A stretch of DNA of 64,000 nucleotides, taken from positions 62,001 through 126,000 of the forward strand of contig OZ287070.1 in assembly GCA_965645245.1 (NCBI GenBank), read 5' to 3'. Positions 58,298 through 64,000 of this stretch are shown here, piece after piece; the first letter of the stretch is position 1, and each line of letters opens with the position of its first letter. The DNA comes from Massalongia carnosa. Taxonomy: Eukaryota. The notes beneath the pieces are model-generated. The model saw only the letters and a program-made list of their open reading frames with translations. It was not told the origin of the DNA and did no database searches. A program made the translations under genes and the position numbers.

Positions 58298-60148
58298 GCT
58301 TTGTACCTTTTCATCTCTATTTAAAACGGGGAATATCACTCGGGTTTAATACATCAAATAAGTGTGAGACTTTAAACCAACTTTAAGTCAAATTAGGAAG
58401 GAGCAAAGATAGGTACATAAAGTGGCCATAAGACGTCCACGGCGAACAAGTATTTCTGGATAAAAACACACCAAATTCCTTAGCAAAGCTCCCCAAAAGT
58501 ACCTCCGCCACCGTTCAAAAGAGTGAATTGCATATGCCACTCAAAAGCTTCGATACGCCCTAAGCTTTTGAACCCTTCCCCTCCTGCCCGCCTTCTTGGC
58601 TGTCTCCTTCCGTTGTACTCCCTCCACTTATTCCTTCGTCCTGGCACCACCAAAGGACGCTCCCTGTCCACCACTCTCTGCCTCCACGCTCTGACCAAAG
58701 AGCATCACTTTAATAATCCACTTCGCACCAAATATCCACTCCAGCCCGTATCCAAAAGTCGATTTTTGGGCTGTCCCGAACCAAAATCCACCCAAAATGG
58801 CTTGTAGAATCGACCTCGCATAAAGAGATACCGGTTCTATGGCGTGAAGAGGTAGGTTCGCGATATTTGAGGATGTATTGGTGGTTAAGTGTAAAACAAA
58901 CCGAATCGGGGATATCGAATTGGATGACTTCTAGATTTTTAGCACTCGCCAGAGCTGAAAAGGGGATATACTAACAGACAATCTCTGCTCTCCCAGAGCG
59001 TACCCTTCGATCCATTGCTTTTATAACGATTTATATGGTGTAGTTTTTGAATAAATTATGAAAAAGGAGCAATGGGTCACTTTTTGGGCGGTTGCCCCTT
59101 TTGGGCGGTTGCCCCCGCAACTCTTCTAATGCCTATAGAGCCCAAATCTTAGAAGACCAACTACTACCGCGACGACATATTAAGCTCATCTGTTCTGGAA
59201 CAACAGTCCCTCTTAGACGGAAGCCCTTCCTTATCCTATTAAAAAGCGCATGCGTTTAGGAAACCAATTCTCTTTAATGCTAACATAACACAATAGGGTA
59301 CGTGTGACGAAGCGAGACAGTGAATAGATTTCTACCATTGCGACACCTGTCCTCCCGACCAAAAGACACAATACTTAGTCCGCAGACCAAGCTCTATTCT
59401 ACTATAAATGGGACTCCTGCTATGTTCGCTGTAGGTCCTGCTGTCGAGACCACGCATGGTCGAACCGTTACATTACGTTATAATCCCAAACGTTAAGTTA
59501 TAATCCCAAACAAAAACTAAACACCAAATCCATCGAGTCTAAAGGATTCAAGAGTACATGAAGGTCTAGATATATGGGACGTGCGATGGGGGGGCGCTCT
59601 CGGTCGCAATAAAAATGGACTCGGTTGGTTATATTAACCTGACAAATTGAGTCCACTACTTGATTTGTTCATCGGGATATAGATTACACATGCCACAGCA
59701 TCCTTCGTATGGACGGTGGTCAAAGATAATATGGATGATCGTATCGATAGTGGACAAGAGGTGGTTTGGATGATAGTCAAAAGATGGTATAGACGGTGGT
59801 CTGGATGGTAGTCAAAAGGTAATCTGGGTGGTGATCTGGATGTTAGATAAATGGTTGACGAAAGATGGTCTAGATGATGTGCAAAAGGTGCTATAAGAGG
59901 TGAACATTCAGTTCACGAAGAATGTGGCGAAGGGCCGTTGCGGAGCGTCGATGAACAGGTCTGGGGCAGGAATTAGGCTTTTCGGGGGTGCTTACTATAT
60001 TCAGTACTCTCGTCTCCGCAAAGAACACTGTTGTCCTCTGCTATGTCCGCCGTTTTCAACGCTTCAGTTCTGAAGTGCCACGGACTCGTTGCCGCTTCCA
60101 TGATACCTGGTAACTATTGTTAATGGTTAACGGATATCATTATACTAT

Positions 60149-60445
60149 CCCCCCCCCTGAACAATCTTGAAAACATGGGATTTTGCAAGGGCGGTACGGG
60201 GGTATGTGCTAGGGTGAAAACGGGCGTGGATACAGGCTTGTCGCCAATCAGACAGTCGAATCTAATGAATATTTGGAGAGGTAAAATCACTAAGGGATTC
60301 GCTCTAAGGCTGTACAGTAAAAAATATTTACATGTCCTGATTGGCTCGAAGCCCTGGTTTTCCACCCATATGCTGTCCTGTCAAGTCATCACTCCCGTCC
60401 TCCCCTTGCAAAAAACCCATGTTTTCAAGCTTGTTCGGGGGGGGG
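60149..60445. mobile_element. MITE (~297 bp) with poly-C/poly-G termini
   Basis: Imperfect TIRs of ~45-55 bp (C9-TGAACAATCTTGAAAACATGGG versus CCCATGTTTTCAAGCTTGTTC-G9); AT on both sides. Confidence 0.85.
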
Positions 60446-60711
60446 ATTAACCTTTTACAGAGATGATCTACAGTAAGCCAACATCAACTAACCCTAATCT
60501 AACAGCTAACAGGATTTTCTTGATCTAACAGGGGCTGTTTTAATCTAACAGGAACCGTTAGCATATCATAACAAAGTCAACGATCCTAACACGCTAGATT
60601 TGGTTGCAATGGCAAACTTGGTCATTTTACTTTTCGCGTCGATCTCTTATACTTTGCTCGTTTCCCAAATCCACAGGTATTGCATATTCCTTGTTGCTCC
60701 TTTTTTTCACT

Positions 60712-62818
60712 ATGTCAACATCAAAGGCAACCACTATCAACAACCCACAAAGAATCACAATGGTACGAACCTCCCCAGGATGTATAGAAACCAACGCGTA
60801 TCGGCTGACTTTGCTTTTCCTTGGAGAACTCTCAGGATTTTGATGATTCGCCTTCCGAGGAAGACTTGCCTACATTGACACAACTAAAACGCTCTCGTGC
60901 AAAATTTGATGAAAATAACACTTACGGAGACAACAAACGCTCACATCGCCTCTCTTGTGTGGACGAGTTGGCTGAATCTAGTACTGGCAACGACTCAAGC
61001 GATGAGAGTTTCCAGCCGAGTGTAAATAGTACAGTCATGAATACATGTATCGGGTTCTGACATAGAACAGAAAACGCCGATAACTAAGTATGTGGCGAGG
61101 ACATTACGGGCCGGCGCAGGCCGCGGTATTCAATACAGCTCAAGTTCTCCATCTCGAAGGAGCTCCTTACGAAGGGAAACGTTCCCCTCGTCTCCACCGA
61201 GAAACCCTTCCCGCGCGCTAGATAATATCTTGTCGCCTTCACAAATACGCACTCGTCGGGGTTTGCCTGCGACAATCTCCTCGCAAACTCTCGAGATCTC
61301 AAAGGTCCTCCCGATCAAGTCTACTTCCGGCACAAGGGCTGGCATAACGGAGGACGAGACAGTCTCCGAAATCCAAAAAAATAGATGCTTATCGTTTACT
61401 CCGGGGTGACATATGGAGGCGAACCAAGTTCAACTCTAGCCCTGCTCATCAATTAATACTACGTGCCATGATTCCTTTTTTCAACGCTCTGATAACGTCC
61501 GGACACGCGGTTGAATTATGTTCGCCTTGGGCGAACACATAAGCCTCGATTGAGCAAATTAATGAGTCGTACTTGGCAGGACCTTGCGAAGCGTCTCGGT
61601 GACCTTCCTAGCAACCGGAACGTCGACGTAGCAGAGCTTCCCACCGCCAAAGAGGCTCGCAAGGTAGGTGAGGTCTTGCTTACAACGGATTTGTACATAT
61701 AAAAGCTAATCTGAGACTAGATTTATGATTCGACAACGGATTTTCGCTCTCAAATGTTGAGCAAAGTGAGATTGCTTGTGGCTAACGAATACCCGTTCTC
61801 AGTTCAGAGCGACTGTCGAATATTCGTGTCCACTTTGCTAGACGATCTTCATTTTCTGTGTGAAGATTTATCAACGGTTAATATGTCCTAGTTATCTTGA
61901 TATAAAGTTTAACTAACTTGCGATTAGGCTCCGAAAAAGCAGTTTCTCGCGCCTATCTTGATAAAGGCAGTTACTCTGATATTCTTCAATAACGACAATG
62001 ACTGCAATTATGGACGCAATACCGACACTGCGCATTTGTTCAATCCACTTCGAGGAGAAGTGATCGTATTGATAACAACTCTGATTCAACATGCTATTGG
62101 AGAGTACGAATACGGGCAAAAAAAGGTACAGGCTTTTGATGGGTCACAGCGAGAGAGTAAGTTTGTACCAATATAATCATTGCTGAGTTTAGGCATTAAT
62201 ACTGAAAAGAAATCAATACTCGAATGACGAACACCTGGAATCAACAGTCCTCGGAGAGAAAGATGTTGTTACAAAGTATCATTCATCGGCGGGTTATGCG
62301 TCAGACTAGACAAAGAGATGGAGACTTTTCGGCGGTCACAAAAGCTGTCCACAATCCATTTGCCAGTTCTTGACGATCATAGAAGGAAACCTCTTCACCT
62401 AGACCGCCGCAGTTGATGAGCCACGAGGTATGCAATCTTATTAACCGCGTTCTAACGTGGTATTAACATCTCTCCTAGAATTCTTCGCAACGTGGACCCT
62501 CACAATTAAAGCACAGCGCATCAAGTACATCCTTCGTAAGTATTCGCTTTGTTTGTAGAATATCTGTTAGTCTAACAATTGCGTTGGAAACAGATTAACG
62601 ACAAGATATCGTCAACTCCAACTCCACTCGCGCAAGACGCAATCGTGACGACAGATTCGGGTCAAGAAGATGCGGTAGATTACGATTTACGCATGGGAAA
62701 AGACGGGCGGATTCGGATGAGGTATGATGCAACGTGGAAGGAGTGGCAGACTGCTGTGGGAATGAAAGATGGAGAGTCGTTCTGGTACACTGTATCAACA
62801 ATCCCAAGGCCGTATTGA
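60712..62818 (+). pseudogene. Multi-intron hypothetical gene, probably degenerate
   Basis: Chain of plus-strand ORF pieces separated by GT..CTAAC/CTGAC..AG-like segments; segment FNPLRGEVIVLITTLIQHAIGEY; function not recognised. Confidence 0.45.
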
Positions 62819-63066
62819 CCTTTGAGGAGGAATAGAGTTCGTTTTTGGATCGGGTGGAACAGGTGCATAGAGTAATGATACGAAGAGGAAACTGGGCGCA
62901 TTCTCAAGCAGATGAAGACTCTGCGAGGGAGGACGACAATATGGGAGAACTTACATAACATTATTTAAACCAAATCTTGATAATTTACTCGACTGGTGTG
63001 TCTTTATCGTCGTATCTTGCAGCATCAAGCGCTCGAAAAGGAAACAAAAGCAGTGCATTATGACAT

Positions 63067-64000
63067 TGTAGGGGGGTGGAGCGGTGATACTCTAAATTCA
63101 AATTGCTAGCGGTTCGGGAGTTGGTTCTTTTCGGCTGATACTCGGTAAAGGTAGCGGGAAGTCAGGTGACAGTCGTTCTTTTAGTTTAGTTATAGATAGT
63201 TCTTTTCCTTTTAGAGCAAGCATGCTCGTAGCAATAGCTACAACACATAGCATCAACACATACAGTTCACAGGCACGAGGCATCAGGCACGAGGCGCGAG
63301 GCTTACAGTGATCAGTCTAGCTATTGTTCTTATTCTATTGTTCTGTTCTTCTCTTGTTTGTTTGTTCTCTTGCACTCCTAGCTGTAGTGGACCACGCACA
63401 CCACCCAGTTCATCCTTCCACATTTGGCGACCACGGTGCGATCTCTATTTGACCGGGAGCAGGAATCAAACGACGAGTCTAGATAGACATGTGAGACAGA
63501 CAGTAGACTTACAGGCGACAGCGACAGGGAACAGCGACAGGAAATAGCGACAGGGAACAGCGACAGGAAATAGCGACAGGCGACAGCGACAGGAAACAGC
63601 GATCTAGAAGCAGCGACAGCGTACAGAGATCTAGAGATAGTGGGAAAACGACATACAGCGACCGGAGGAAGACAGAAAGAACGGGGGCATCCATTTGACC
63701 CTGACAGAGGGTGGCGATGCGAACAGACCTCACCTGAACGGGCGGAATTGATTATAGGGGAAGAGACGGACTCGAATAGTCTGCGACACGGTGGAGACGG
63801 TCGAGAGTCTAACGTAGCGACATCACGATTCCGATAGGCGGGAGATAGGTGGCCGATTTGACCCGAACCAATCAGCGAGCTCGAATTCCGTCTCGGTGGC
63901 AAGCTAATCCTGTTTGAGAAGATCGTGAGAATAAGCGAGCAGCCTCGAGGACTGAGTGACGACGTCGATTTGACAATGTGAACAGAAGGACCCACCAGAA
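63067..64000 (+). mobile_element. Possible 5' LTR (63067-63422), PBS and leader of a Gypsy-like element leaving the window
   Basis: TG...CA followed by TT-TGGCGACCAC (tRNA 3'-end-type PBS); GCGACAG repeats 63514-63620; second LTR not visible. Confidence 0.4.

Noticed and set aside
63378..63995. 205-aa minus-strand ORF
   Set aside because: Low complexity, derived from GCGACAG repeats; no motifs.

Overview
Eukaryotic, fungal-type DNA (short GT-AG introns with CTRAC branch sites, NACHT-ankyrin gene), mostly nested transposable elements. Resolved from termini and target-site duplications (TSDs): two Copia elements with intact polyproteins (18364-24317, 45908-51882); three damaged or truncated Copias; Gypsy remnants; four solo LTRs; a TRIM-like element; two hAT transposons; a Mutator-like remnant with poly-C/poly-G ends; a Tc1 remnant; two MITEs; and two tyrosine-recombinase (YR, DIRS/Ngaro-type) retrotransposons, one apparently intact with A1-B1-A2-B2 split direct repeats. 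The clearest host gene is an NLR-like NACHT-ankyrin gene fused to a fragment of another gene. The top observation is that the two divergent YR elements appear to share one expression scheme. In both, pol lies in frame behind a single gag stop in a readthrough-like context. In both, the ATG-less recombinase frame can be reached by a predicted phase-1 intron from an equivalent gag Gly codon to an acceptor in the end of RNase H, giving a GagN-YR fusion. All calls were made by eye without database searches, and coordinates may be off by a few bases.
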